DNA of 64,000 bases from Bacteroidota bacterium (GTDB taxonomy: Bacteria; Bacteroidota; Bacteroidia; Chitinophagales; Saprospiraceae), in the NCBI GenBank assembly GCA_039194925.1, contig JBCCVV010000006.1, positions 205 to 64,204 on the forward strand, read 5' to 3'. The translations under genes were made by a program, and so were the position numbers. Of the stretch, positions 1 to 12,400 are shown in pieces. The notes beneath the pieces are model-generated. The model had not been told where the DNA came from. It searched no databases and worked only from the letters and a program-made list of their open reading frames with translations. Position 1 is the stretch's first letter; each line of letters starts with the position of its first letter.

Positions 1-1
1 C

Positions 2-460
2 GCACCAGAAGAAGAGCGTCTGGCTATGATGCCTCCATCCTATTGTAGTTCTTCTGGTTCAAATTTTAGTTACGAATATATTTCAAACGTCCAAATTGGT
101 ACACTAAACAACAGTTCTGCCGGCTCAAGTTATACTGACTATACCAGTATTGTAACGGATCTTCAGGCAGGACAGGTTTATACGATTACCATTACTCCGG
201 GTTGGCCCGGAAGTAGTTATAATGAAGGGTATGGTGCCTGGATTGATCTCAATCAAGATGGTGATTTCGATGATCCTGATGAACAAATTGCTTTGATTGA
301 TCCTACAAATTCCTCTACAGTCACCAGCACATTTCTACTCTCCAATATCGCGACGACAGGACAAACGAGGATGCGGGTATCCATGAAATATAATGATGCA
401 CCAACCTCATGTGAAACTTTTAATTATGGGGAGGTTGAAGATTATACGATCAATATTTTG
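2..460 (+). other. GEVED domain (partial at 5' end) of ORF1
   Basis: GYGAWIDLNQDGDFDD ... MRVSMKY ... CETFNYGEVEDYTINI, the signature C-terminal GEVED motif. Confidence 0.7.
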
Positions 461-3400
461 GCGCCTAATTCTGCTCTTTGTAATACGGAATGTACAACAC
501 CTTATTACTTCAATTGGTACGACGGAACAAGTGGTGCTGAATGGGCAATTACCAACGGTGAAACTTCTGTACAGAATGTATATACGGTCTCAGGGGATCA
601 AGGTGATTACAATGTTACCGTTACCATGAGTAACCCTGATGGTCAAAATATCGATTTTTCGAATTGTGCAGTGCCTTTGGAAAGAGCATACACAGCAACC
701 TGTAATGATCCTAATGGTGATGCCAATTGTGATGGGGACAATGGAACCACAGATAGTCAATTTTCGTACGGTTGTGGTTATCTTACCTTTGGTGTAACGT
801 CAAATAATAGTTCAGAATATACATCCATAACCTATGAATTCGAATTTCCTGCTTACATCTGTGGATTGGAAATTGGTGATATTGATTATGCTGGCGCCTC
901 TTATCCGAGTTTGACCAGTTATCAGGATGAAGTAGATGTAGTAGCGGACAGTATGGGAGTTCCGGTTGTTATAAATGCTGCTGTAGGGCCTGCAGTAGAT
1001 GTTTATAACAATAATACTACTGCGGTTAAGTTACTTGCGGAATATACGAACCCATATTCAGGAGATATACTGCCCAATGATCCGGCAGGACATGCATATA
1101 TTACTACGGCTAATCGGGTAACATCAATAACGTTTACGTATTCGAATGGTCCTGATGATGAAGGGCAAAGTGATGACCACGCCATCCGATTGGCAGGATT
1201 TGATTTTTGTCCTACCAGCCAAGTCGAAATCTGTGTCAATGGTATTGACGATAATGCTAATGGTTATATCGATAATTTTGACCCTGGATGTCCGCTTTAT
1301 GCACCCTTTGATTGTGACAAAACTTTATTTCAAACCCGTTCTCCCGACAATGGTTCTACGTACTATCTGGATACGATTACCCGATCTCCTGTGACATTTA
1401 ACCAATTGCATAACCTTACTGCAAATGGGATGACAGCCGCTGGATTTAATGCTACTGCGTATAACCCACAAGATCGATATATTTATGGTTTAAATCCTTT
1501 GAAATCAGATAGTTATCAAATGTATCGAATTAATGCCCTTGGCGCAGTACAGTTCATTGGAAACGTGACTGGTTTGACGGGGACAAATGATGCAGGTGCT
1601 TTTTCTCAAGATGGCAGGTATTATGTCTTTGGAGCAAGCGGTAGATTGTATGAAATCGATATATTTTCCTACGCTGCTAATGAGATAGCAAATCTTGGAT
1701 TTGCCGGAGGAGATATAGTAGTCAATCCAGCAGATGGGCTGATATACACCTGGAATAGTGATGCCAATCAATTGTACTCAATTGATCCCTCCAACGGGAA
1801 TGCCACTGCCATAGGTTCTCCGAACTCACAATACACCGAATTTGGTTCTCTTTTTGCCAATGAGCAAGGAGATATTATTGGATATGGGAATGATGCAAAC
1901 GTCACTGGAACCAGTCAGGAAACATTGGTGAGTATCAATCCTGCTACAGGCATTGTTACTCCGATTGAAGTGGGACCTGAAGTTACGTATAATGATGGAT
2001 GCTCATGCGCATTTGGAGTGGGTATGACGAAAGAAGCATCAGTCAGTGTAGTAGAACCTGGAAATTCACTGACATATACTTTTAATGTATACAACCGAAC
2101 CGATAGTATCTTAACGAATTTGACATTTATTGATAATTTGCCTACGGGATTGACATTTAGTTCAAATCCTTATAATGTTACTGGAATGTCTCTGGGTTCT
2201 GCCAGTATAAGTGGAAGTAGTTCGGCTAATTTTACCATCAATTCTCTGGCCCCTGGGGTTAATTCATTTATGGTGGATGTATCTATTCCTTTGACTTTTT
2301 GTAGTGACATCGAGAATCAGGCCAGAATAGAAGGTTTGCCTTCAAGTTTGGGGTCTGCAATAGTATCAGATGATCCATCCACAGGTGAAATTGCTGATGC
2401 AACAACCACTTTGATCAGCAATTGTGAGGAATATTGGATTGAGGCAGAGTGTGAACAAGTAGGAGCCAATTGGAATGTAGTGGTAGATTCTACTGCATCC
2501 AGATATAGTTATGCTTCTATTATGACCGGATTTAATTCTTTAGGTTCTGCACCTACCGGAGCAGATGATAGAATTAGATTTAATGTAACGATTACCAATG
2601 CAGGAAATTATAACATCTTTGCTCGAGTGTTAGCTCCAAATTCAAGTGATGATTCCTTTTGGGTAAGAGCGAATGGTGGAACATGGTACAGATGGAATGG
2701 TTTGAATGATTTTGCCGCAAGTGATTGGGCTTGGGGTCAAGTCTGGAATTCTGATGCAGGAAATGCAGTGGTAACCTTCCCTCTCGTATCTGGAGCAAAT
2801 ACCATTGATATTGCCTATCGTGAAGATGGAACTCGACTGGATAAGATCAAGGTAGCCTTGAACAATCAAGTACCAACCGGAGAGGGTGGAATATCTACGA
2901 ACTGTCCTGAGATATGTGATAATGGAGAAGATGACGATGGAGATGGTCTGGTAGATTGTGCTGATGACGACTGCGGTGGTGAAGCAGTTTGTCAAGGTCC
3001 ATGTATTCCAGAGAAACTATTCGTAGAAAGATGGTTTGGAATAAGTGGAACTGCAATTACAGATTTGACCTCTCATCCGAATTATCCTAATTCTCCTGAT
3101 GAATTGGATTACATTGATTTGTTTCAGGGGCCCAATGGTTATGCAGATAATTACGGAACACGCGTAAGAGGTTTTGTAATCCCAAATGAATCCGGAACTT
3201 ATACATTTAATGTTACGGGAGATGATAACACAGTATTGTACCTCAGTACAGATGTAAATGAAACCAATAAAACGGAGATAGCCTCTGTAACTGGATGGAG
3301 CGGCGTAACAGAACACAATAAATACGCAGTTCAGACCTCGGTCGACATCGAATTATTGGCAAATGTCTGGTACTATGTCGAACTCCTTGTAAAAGAAGGA

Positions 3401-6400
3401 ACCGGTGGTGATCATTTCCAGGTATATTGGAGAACTCCAAGTCAACCTTCAACATGGAATATTATACCTGGAACGCAATTGGCACCTTTTATTTGTCCTG
3501 AAATATGCGATAACGGTGAGGATGATGATAACAATGGTCTTACAGATTGTTTGGATCCATATTGTGAAAATGGGGTAAATGTCTATATCACCTCAGCAGA
3601 TAATGTCATATGTCTAGGTGAATCTGCAACGCTGGATGCCGAATTTTTAGGTAGTCCCGGTACATTGACCTATGCTTGGTCGAATGGGGCAGGATCTGCT
3701 AGTACCGCCAATGTAAGTCCAAATGTTACAACTACTTATGTGGTGACCGTTACCAATACTAATGGATGTACTGCGACAGATCAAATGGTTGTGACGGTAA
3801 ATGATTTACCAACGGCGGGAGCTTCTAATGATGGCCCGATTACTTGTAGTCAACCGATTGTTAGACTTGCAGCTACTCCAGTTGGTATGAGTTACTTATG
3901 GCCTGGGGGTGAAACGACACAGACTGCAGATATTACGGTTGCCGGAACTTATATAGTTACGGTTACAGACAGTAATGGATGTACAGATACTGCATCAACC
4001 GTTGTAACAGACGATATAGTGCCACCTGTTGCCGATGCTGGGGCAGATGTGGCAATCTGTTTTGGCGAAAGCACTAATTTAACGGCCTCGGGAGGTGGAT
4101 CATATGCCTGGTCCAATGGTGCAGGAAATACCGCCGCAGTTAGCGTGAGTCCAACTTCTTCAACGACATACACTGTAACGGTTACTGCTGCTAATGGATG
4201 TACAGATACAGATATGGTTACCGTAACCGTGACACCGCTTCCGGTTTCGAGTATAAATGCTGTCAATACCATATGTGAAGGGACAACAGTTTCAATCAAT
4301 GCAGCAGATGCCGGTGCAGGAGCGACATATTCATGGGATTTTGGCGCCAATGCCACACCTCAGACGGCATCGGGTATTGGGCCTCATGACGTTGTCTACG
4401 ATAATGACCACGTTACTGGAAATGATGTTCAAAACACAATCACATTAGATGTTGTATTGAATGGATGTACGGATCAATTTACCGATAATATTTCTATAGA
4501 TGCGATTCCTGATGTTACGGTTTCAAGTACCTCACCTTCGTGTGGAGTGGATGATGGAACAATAACATTCACTTTTCCAGATAATACATCACGAACAAAT
4601 ATTGAATTTAGTATAGATGGAGGAGCATCTTATCCACATGATTTTTCGGATAATATTGGTTCGGCAACAGTTTCAAGTTTGGCTTCAGGAACGTATGATT
4701 TATATGTACGATGGGGCAATACGAATTGTCCAATAGACCTACCAGACGTAATGCTCAGTGATAATACTGTTCCTACAGCAAATGCCGGATCAGATGATGA
4801 AATATGCATAGGTGAAAATACTACTCTTACAGCTACAGGAGGTACTTCCTATGTTTGGTCGAATGGAGCTGGTAGTACAGCATCGGTTAATGTAAGCCCC
4901 ACAACTACAACTACATATACAGTTACAGTGACCGCTGCAAATGGTTGTACAGCCGAAGATAATGTTACGGTTACCGTACATGCATTACCGGTGGTTTCCG
5001 CATCCAATGACGGACCCATTACGTGTAGTCAACCAAATGTAATCCTAACAGCCTCACCTGCGGGAATGACTTATGCATGGCAAGGAGGAGGAAGCAATCA
5101 GACTAAAACTGTATCCGCTACCGGTAGCTATTCTGTGACCATAACTGATGCAAATGGTTGTACCAATGTTGCTAGTACAACAGTAGCTATAGATACGATT
5201 TCGCCCACTGCGAATGCTGGAGCAGATAATGAAATATGTATAGGAGAAAACACAACCCTCACCGCTTCGGGAGGAGTATCATATATTTGGTCAGACGGAG
5301 CGGGTAGTACAGCTTCAGTTAATGTAAGCCCAACTACAACAACTACTTATACTGTGACAGTAACCGCTGCAAATGGCTGTACAGCCGAAGATAATGTTAC
5401 AGTTACTGTACACGCATTACCGGTGGTTTCCGCATCCAATGACGGCCCCATCACGTGTAGTCAACCAAATGTAATCCTAACAGCCACACCTGCGGGAATG
5501 ACTTACGCATGGCAAGGAGGAGGAAGCAATCAGACAAAAACGGTAACAACTACCGGTAGCTATTCTGTGACGATTACGGATGCCAATGGTTGTACGAATG
5601 TAGCTACAACAATTGTAACCGATGATTTGACACCTCCAGCGGCAGATGCTGGATCAGATGATGAAATATGTATAGGTGAAAGCACAACCCTCACCGCTTC
5701 GGGAGGCATTGCTTATTCTTGGTCTAATGGAGCTGGGAGTACAGCCTCAGTTAATGTGAGTCCAACGATAACAACTACGTATACCGTGACCGTAACTGCT
5801 GCAAATGGATGTACTGCTGAGGATGATGTTACAGTTACCGTGCACGCATTGCCGGTGGTTTCGGCTTCCAATGATGGCCCTTTGACCTGTGCCCAGACTA
5901 GTGTGATCTTAACGGCTTTACCTGCAGGGATGACCTATTCCTGGGATACTGGCGGAAGTAACCAAACTGAAACGGTAACAAGTACAGGAACCTATTCCGT
6001 GACGATTACAGATGCCAATGGTTGTACGAATGTGGCAACTACAGTGGTAACAGATGATCTTACCACACCAGTAGCGGATGCTGGATCCGATGTTGAGATT
6101 TGTATAGGAGAAAGTACAACGCTTTCTGCTTCAGGAGGTATAGCTTATATTTGGTCAAACGGAGCAGGAAATACAGCTTCTGTAACTGTAAGTCCAACAA
6201 CGACAACAACATATACAGTCATTGTTACAGCTGCAAATGGGTGTCAGGATATTGATGATGTCACCGTAACCGTAAATCCCCTGCCAACAGTAGGTGCTAC
6301 AAATGATGGTCCATTAACGTGTGTACAAAATAATGTTATCCTTAGCGCAACTCCAGCAGGGATGACCTATTCCTGGGATACTGGTGGAAGCAATCAGACT

Positions 6401-9400
6401 GAAACAGTCACCACTACAGGAATTTATTCCGTTACCGTGACTGATGCAAATGGTTGTACGAACGTTGCGAATACAACGGTAGCCATTGATACAATTTCAC
6501 CAACTGCCAATGCTGGATTAGATGATGAAATATGTATCGGAGAAAGTACAACACTTACAGCAACGGGAGGTGTATCATATGAATGGTCGAATGGAGCCGG
6601 AAATACGGCTTCTGTTAATGTAAGCCCAACAACAACAACTGTGTATGTGGTTACGGTTACCGCAGCAAATGGTTGCACGGATGAAGATAATGTTACAGTC
6701 ACCGTACATGCATTGCCAGTAGTTTCCGCTTCAAATGACGGACCCATTACGTGTAGTCAACCAAATGTAATCTTGTCGGCAACGCCCACAGGAATGACTT
6801 ATGCATGGCAAGGTGGTGGAAGCAATCAAACCAAGACTGTAACGGCTACAGGAAGCTATTCTGTCACGATAACTGACAGTAATGGCTGTACAAATGTTGC
6901 TACTACAATTGTAACAGATGATTTAACAAATCCAATTGCGGATGCCGGGTTGGATGACGAAATATGCATAGGAGAAAGTACTACTCTTACAGCTTCTGGA
7001 GGGGTGTCGTATGAATGGTCCAACGGAGCAGGCAACACCACATCTGTTACGGTAAGCCCTACAATAACTACGACATACACCGTAACTGTAACTGCAGCGA
7101 ATGGATGTCAAGACACCGATGATATTATTGTTACGGTGAATCCTTTACCGATCGTAGGTGCTACAAATGATGGCCCATTGACATGTGCTCAAAATAGTGT
7201 CATCTTAACTGCCACGCCAGCAGGGATGATATATTCCTGGGACACAGGTGGAAATAACCAGACAGAAACAGTTACCAGTACAGGAACATATTCGGTTACG
7301 GTAACTGATGCCAATGGCTGTACAAATGTGACTAGCACAACAGTAGCAATTGACACTATCTCACCCACTCCCGATGCTGGAATGGATGATGAAATATGCA
7401 TTGGAGACAATATAAACCTCACGGCCACTGGAGGAATATCCTACGTCTGGTCTGAAGGAGCAGGTACTACAGCTACAGTTAATGTAAGTCCGGTGACTAC
7501 GACTACCTACGTGGTGACGGTGACCGGTGCAAATGGCTGTACCTCTGAAGATAATGTGACGATTACAGTACATCCGTTGCCGATTGTATCAGCCTCAAAT
7601 GATGGACCAATCACATGTAGTCAACCAAATGTAATACTTACTGCATTTCCAGCAGGAATGACTTACGAATGGGAAGGTGGCGGAAGCAATCAAACTAAAA
7701 CCGTATCTGCCACAGGTACCTATTCTGTAACCATTACCGACGCAAATGGCTGTAGAAATGTGGCTAGTACAACAGTAACAGATGATCTTATACCCCCAGT
7801 TGCGAATGCTGGAACAGATACGGAAATATGTATTGGAGAAAGTACAAACCTTACAGCTTCAGGAGGTGTATCTTATGCATGGTCGGATGGAGCGGGTAGT
7901 TCGTCATCTGTAAGTGTAAGTCCAACTACAACGACAACATATACCGTCACGGTGACTGCTGCAAATGGCTGTCAGCATACGGATGATGTAATAGTTACAG
8001 TAAATCCTTTGCCTATCGTAAGCGTTACAAATGATGGTCCATTGACGTGTGCTCAAAACAGTGTCATCTTGACTGCTACACCCGCAGGGATGTTGTATTC
8101 CTGGGACACTGGCGGAAGCAATCAGACCGAAACGGTAACAGCAACAGGTACATATTCAGTAACGATCACTGATGCGAATGGCTGTACAAATGTTGCTAAT
8201 ACAACGGTATCTATTGATACGATTTCTCCTAATGCCAATGCAGGGTTGGATGACGAGATATGTATAGGAGAAAATACAATCCTTACGGCTTCCGGCGGTG
8301 TATCGTATGAATGGTCTGAAGGTGCTGGAAATTCAGCATTGGTGACAGTAAGTCCTACAACGACGACAACCTATACGGTAACAGTGACTGCTTCCAATGG
8401 ATGTACAGATGAAGACTACGTTACAATAACAGTACACCCTTTACCAGTAGTGTCGGCTTCAAATGATGGACCGATTACTTGTAACCAACCAAATGTGATC
8501 CTTACGGCATTCCCGGCAGGAATGACTTACGAATGGGAAGGCGGCGGAAGCAATCAAACTAAAACAGTATCTGCCACAGGTACGTATTCTGTTACGATAA
8601 CGGATGCCAATGGCTGTAGAAATGTGGCTTCCACCACAGTGACGGATAATGTTGATCCACCAATTGCCGAGGCTGGGCCGGATGATTTAATATGCGAAGG
8701 ATTAAGTACTGATTTAACCGCAACTGGAGGCGTATCTTATGAATGGTCTCACAGTGCGGGAAATACAGCGTCAGTAACCGTAAATCCCACCTCAACCACA
8801 ACATATACGGTAACTGTAACTGGTGCGAATGGTTGTACGGCCGAAGATAATGTCACGGTATCCGTTGACCCCAAACCAACTGTCGGAATCTCTGGTTCGG
8901 ATATAATTTGTATTCAAACGACGACTACCTTGTCTCCAAACTCTGGTGGTACATGGCGAAGTAGTGATAATAGTATAGCCATAGTTTCCAGTTCGGGAAT
9001 AGTCTATGGATTGACACCGGGTACAGCTTCTTTTATTTTTACAAGCTCTGCAACGGGTTGTGAATCGGATACTACTGCAGAAGTGATAGTTACACCCAAT
9101 ATTTCAGTTGATATTGATTTTTCTGGTGGAATTTGCCTTGAAGATGACTCAGAGTTGACTGCAAATGTCACAGGTGGAACATTGAATTTCACTTACAATT
9201 GGTCAGGTCCAAATGGATTTACAGCCAATACTCAGGTAATCGATGCAAATGTTTCCGGCAACTATTACGTAACGGTAACCGATGCAGCAGGATGTAGCGA
9301 TAATACATCAGCATATATCTACGCAGCATACGAACCTTTCATTTTTACATTAAGTACGGAAGTTTGTGAAGATGAAGATGTAACCTTATCCGTAAATTCT

Positions 9401-12400
9401 GCTACTGCAGTTGCTTATCAGTGGAGTGCGAATGCAGGTAGTGCGACTACACAGACTGTCTTAGTTTCTCCTGGTTTGCCATCTGAGGACTATTTTGTAA
9501 CTGTTACGAATGATTTGGGATGTACAAGTGAGGCTACCATTCATATTGATGTGAAGCCTAAGACACCGGTGAATGTAACCGGAGATGATGAGATTTGTAT
9601 CGGTGAAACTACCACTCTGAGTCCTACTACAGGCGGTTCGTGGGTGAGTGCAGATAATACGATAGCAGGAGTAACGGATGACGGAACAGTCACGGGTCTT
9701 GCACCAGGGACAGTAACCTTTACCTTCTATGATAGTACTTTGAATTGTGAATCGAATCCAACTTTACCTGTAACGGTACTGCAACGGCCTCCTGCCAGTA
9801 TTTCCGGACCAGATGCCATCTGTGTAAGAGAAAATACAACCTTATCTCCGGCAACTGGCGGAACATGGGAAAGTAGCGATACTACTATAGCTATGGTAAC
9901 GAACGGAGGAATAGTAACTGCTGTTGCTGAGGGTAATGTAAGGTTTGTTTGGACGGATTCTGCAACCGGATGTGTGTCTAATGCAACCACAGATTTGACC
10001 GTATATCCACTAGTGCCTACTTCATTTACAGGACCTACATCAGTATGTGAAGGTTCTCAGACATATTTGAGTCCTACAACGGGCGGTACCTGGACTTCTA
10101 ATGATACTACGATTGCTACTGTATCAGATATTGGAGTTGTGACCACGTTGGCTCCTGGTACAGTGACCTTTACTTTTACAAGTCAATACACTTGCGTCTC
10201 TGATGCTACGACTCCATTGATGGTCATGCCTAAAGATATAATTACAATAAGTGGTGATTCAGAAGTCTGTGAAGATGATGTTATAACACTAATACCAACT
10301 TCACCGGGAGGTTCTTGGGTTAGTGGCAATACTTCAATTGCTACCGTAAACAGCGGTGGACAAGTGACTGGAATTGCACAAGGAAGTGCGACTATTACAT
10401 ATTTACATGATCCGGCAACCTGCGCTATAGATCCGACATTTGTAGTTACAGTACTTGGAAAACCAGATGTTTGGGTAAGTGGTCCAGTTGAAATTTGTAC
10501 AGGAGATGTAACAAGTGTATCAGCGTCCTCACCAAGCGGTATTTGGTCTAGTAGCGATGAGTCAATAGCGCTAGTATCAGTTGATGGAACTGTAGTGGGA
10601 ATGTCTGGAGGAACAGCAACTTTTAGTTATACGGATACTCAAACATGTGTATCTGATGCGTCGGTTCCAGTAATCGTAAATCCACCGGTAGATGTAGATA
10701 TTGATTACATCGGTTCAGTATGCCTTGAAGATGATACAAAACTGGTAGCATCTCCATCTGGGGGCACACCAGGTTTTTCTTATTCCTGGTCTGGTCCAGG
10801 TGGTTTTACTTCCAATCTTGATACAATAGATATAGTGTTAAGTGGATTATACAATGTATTGGTAACGGATGGAGAAGGTTGTTCAAGTAACAAAACGGCT
10901 TATGTGTATGAGGCTTACAATCCATTCATATTTACACTGGATACAGAAATTTGTGAAGGAGAGGACGTTACGCTCTCTGTGAATGGATCCTCGGGCGGAA
11001 CATATCAATGGAGTGCTAATACAGGATCATTAACATCTCAATCTGTAACCGTTACACCATCGGTTCCGGGAGAAACGTATTATGTTACAATCACGAGCCC
11101 TCAAGGATGTACTACCGTTGCAAATACAGTAATCGATGTTGAACAATTGCCTGTGATCAATTTGACCGGTCAGGATTCCATTTGTATGGGACAAACGACG
11201 ACTTTCACACCAGGTATAGGAGGAGTATGGTCTAGCAGTAATTATGATGTTGCATCCATTACCAACTCAGGAGTAGTAACTGCTTTATCTCCGGGAGCTG
11301 TGACATTTACATTTAGAGATACCTCTTCAGGTTGTTATTCAGCGGAGTCAACAAATATTACGGTAAATGCCAATGATAATATATTAATTAATGGTGATGG
11401 TGATCTTTGCCTTGGAATTCCAGAAACACTTACTGCTTCAGTGCTGGGAGGAACATGGAGCAGCTCAAACCCTGGTATTGCTTCTATAGATGCGATGGGT
11501 GCGGTTACTCCAATTGCCGAAGGAAGTACGACCATTCTTTATACACCCGCACCGAACACATGCTACAATGTAGGTACTCATACAATGAGTGTAAATACTA
11601 TTCCAACAGTAGATGTAAACGGTCCTTCTACAATTTGCGAAGGAGAAATTACCTACCTGGTGCCGAGCAATGGTGGGACTTGGGAAAGTAGCGATACAAC
11701 AGTGGCTACGGTCAACGCTATAGGAATCGTAACTGGAGTTTCTGGCGGTAGCGCATCCTTTACGTTTACTTCAACAGCAGGTTGCATTCAGACTTTATCT
11801 GCACCTATAAATGTTGTTCCTACTCCGGTTGTTAGTCTTACGGGTCCATCATCGATATGTATTGATGAGAGTACAACACTTTCGCCAACTTCTGGAGGAA
11901 TATGGTTAAGTAGTAATAATCTGGTAGCTTCGGTGAGCAGTTCAGGAGTAGTGCTTGGAAAATCTGCAGGTACAGCCCAGTTTACCTTCATTGAAATTAT
12001 TAATGGATGTATATCCTCAAATGTAATTGAAGTTACGGTTGACCCAAGACCTAATGTAACAGGGTTGGGAGATAGTAATATATGTATTGGCGAAACGACT
12101 ACTATAAGCCCATCAACGGGAGGTTCGTGGACAAGTAGTGATACTACGGTAGCTACGATTACATCTTCCGGTCTTATTACAGCTGTTGGTGCGGGTGCAG
12201 CTACATTTACGTATACAGATGCTTCAACGGGCTGTTCATCATATGCATCAAGTGCTCTTACTGTTGATGGAAGACCAACTATAAATATTAGTGGAGCAAC
12301 AGAACTATGTGTAGGCGATAATTCATCAATTCTGCCTAATTCAGGAGGAGTCTGGTCAACATCAGATGTTTCTGTAGCAACGATTACAAGTGATGGAACC

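Noticed and set aside
393-629. Same-strand out-of-frame small ORFs within the giants: 393-629, 1146-1394, 4257-4448, 11407-11691, 13651-13941, 17534-17737, 18298-18498, 26617-27048, 30109-30409, 30511-30747 and others.
   Set aside because: They are embedded in a strongly supported longer frame. Their translations are low-complexity or Cys/Arg-rich nonsense typical of off-frame reading.
4778-8665. Regular tandem repeats considered as a CRISPR array or as DGR template/variable repeats.
   Set aside because: The units are 432 nt, contiguous with no spacers, in frame, and encode Ig-like domains. No cas genes or reverse transcriptase lie in the window. Differences between units are not adenine-specific.
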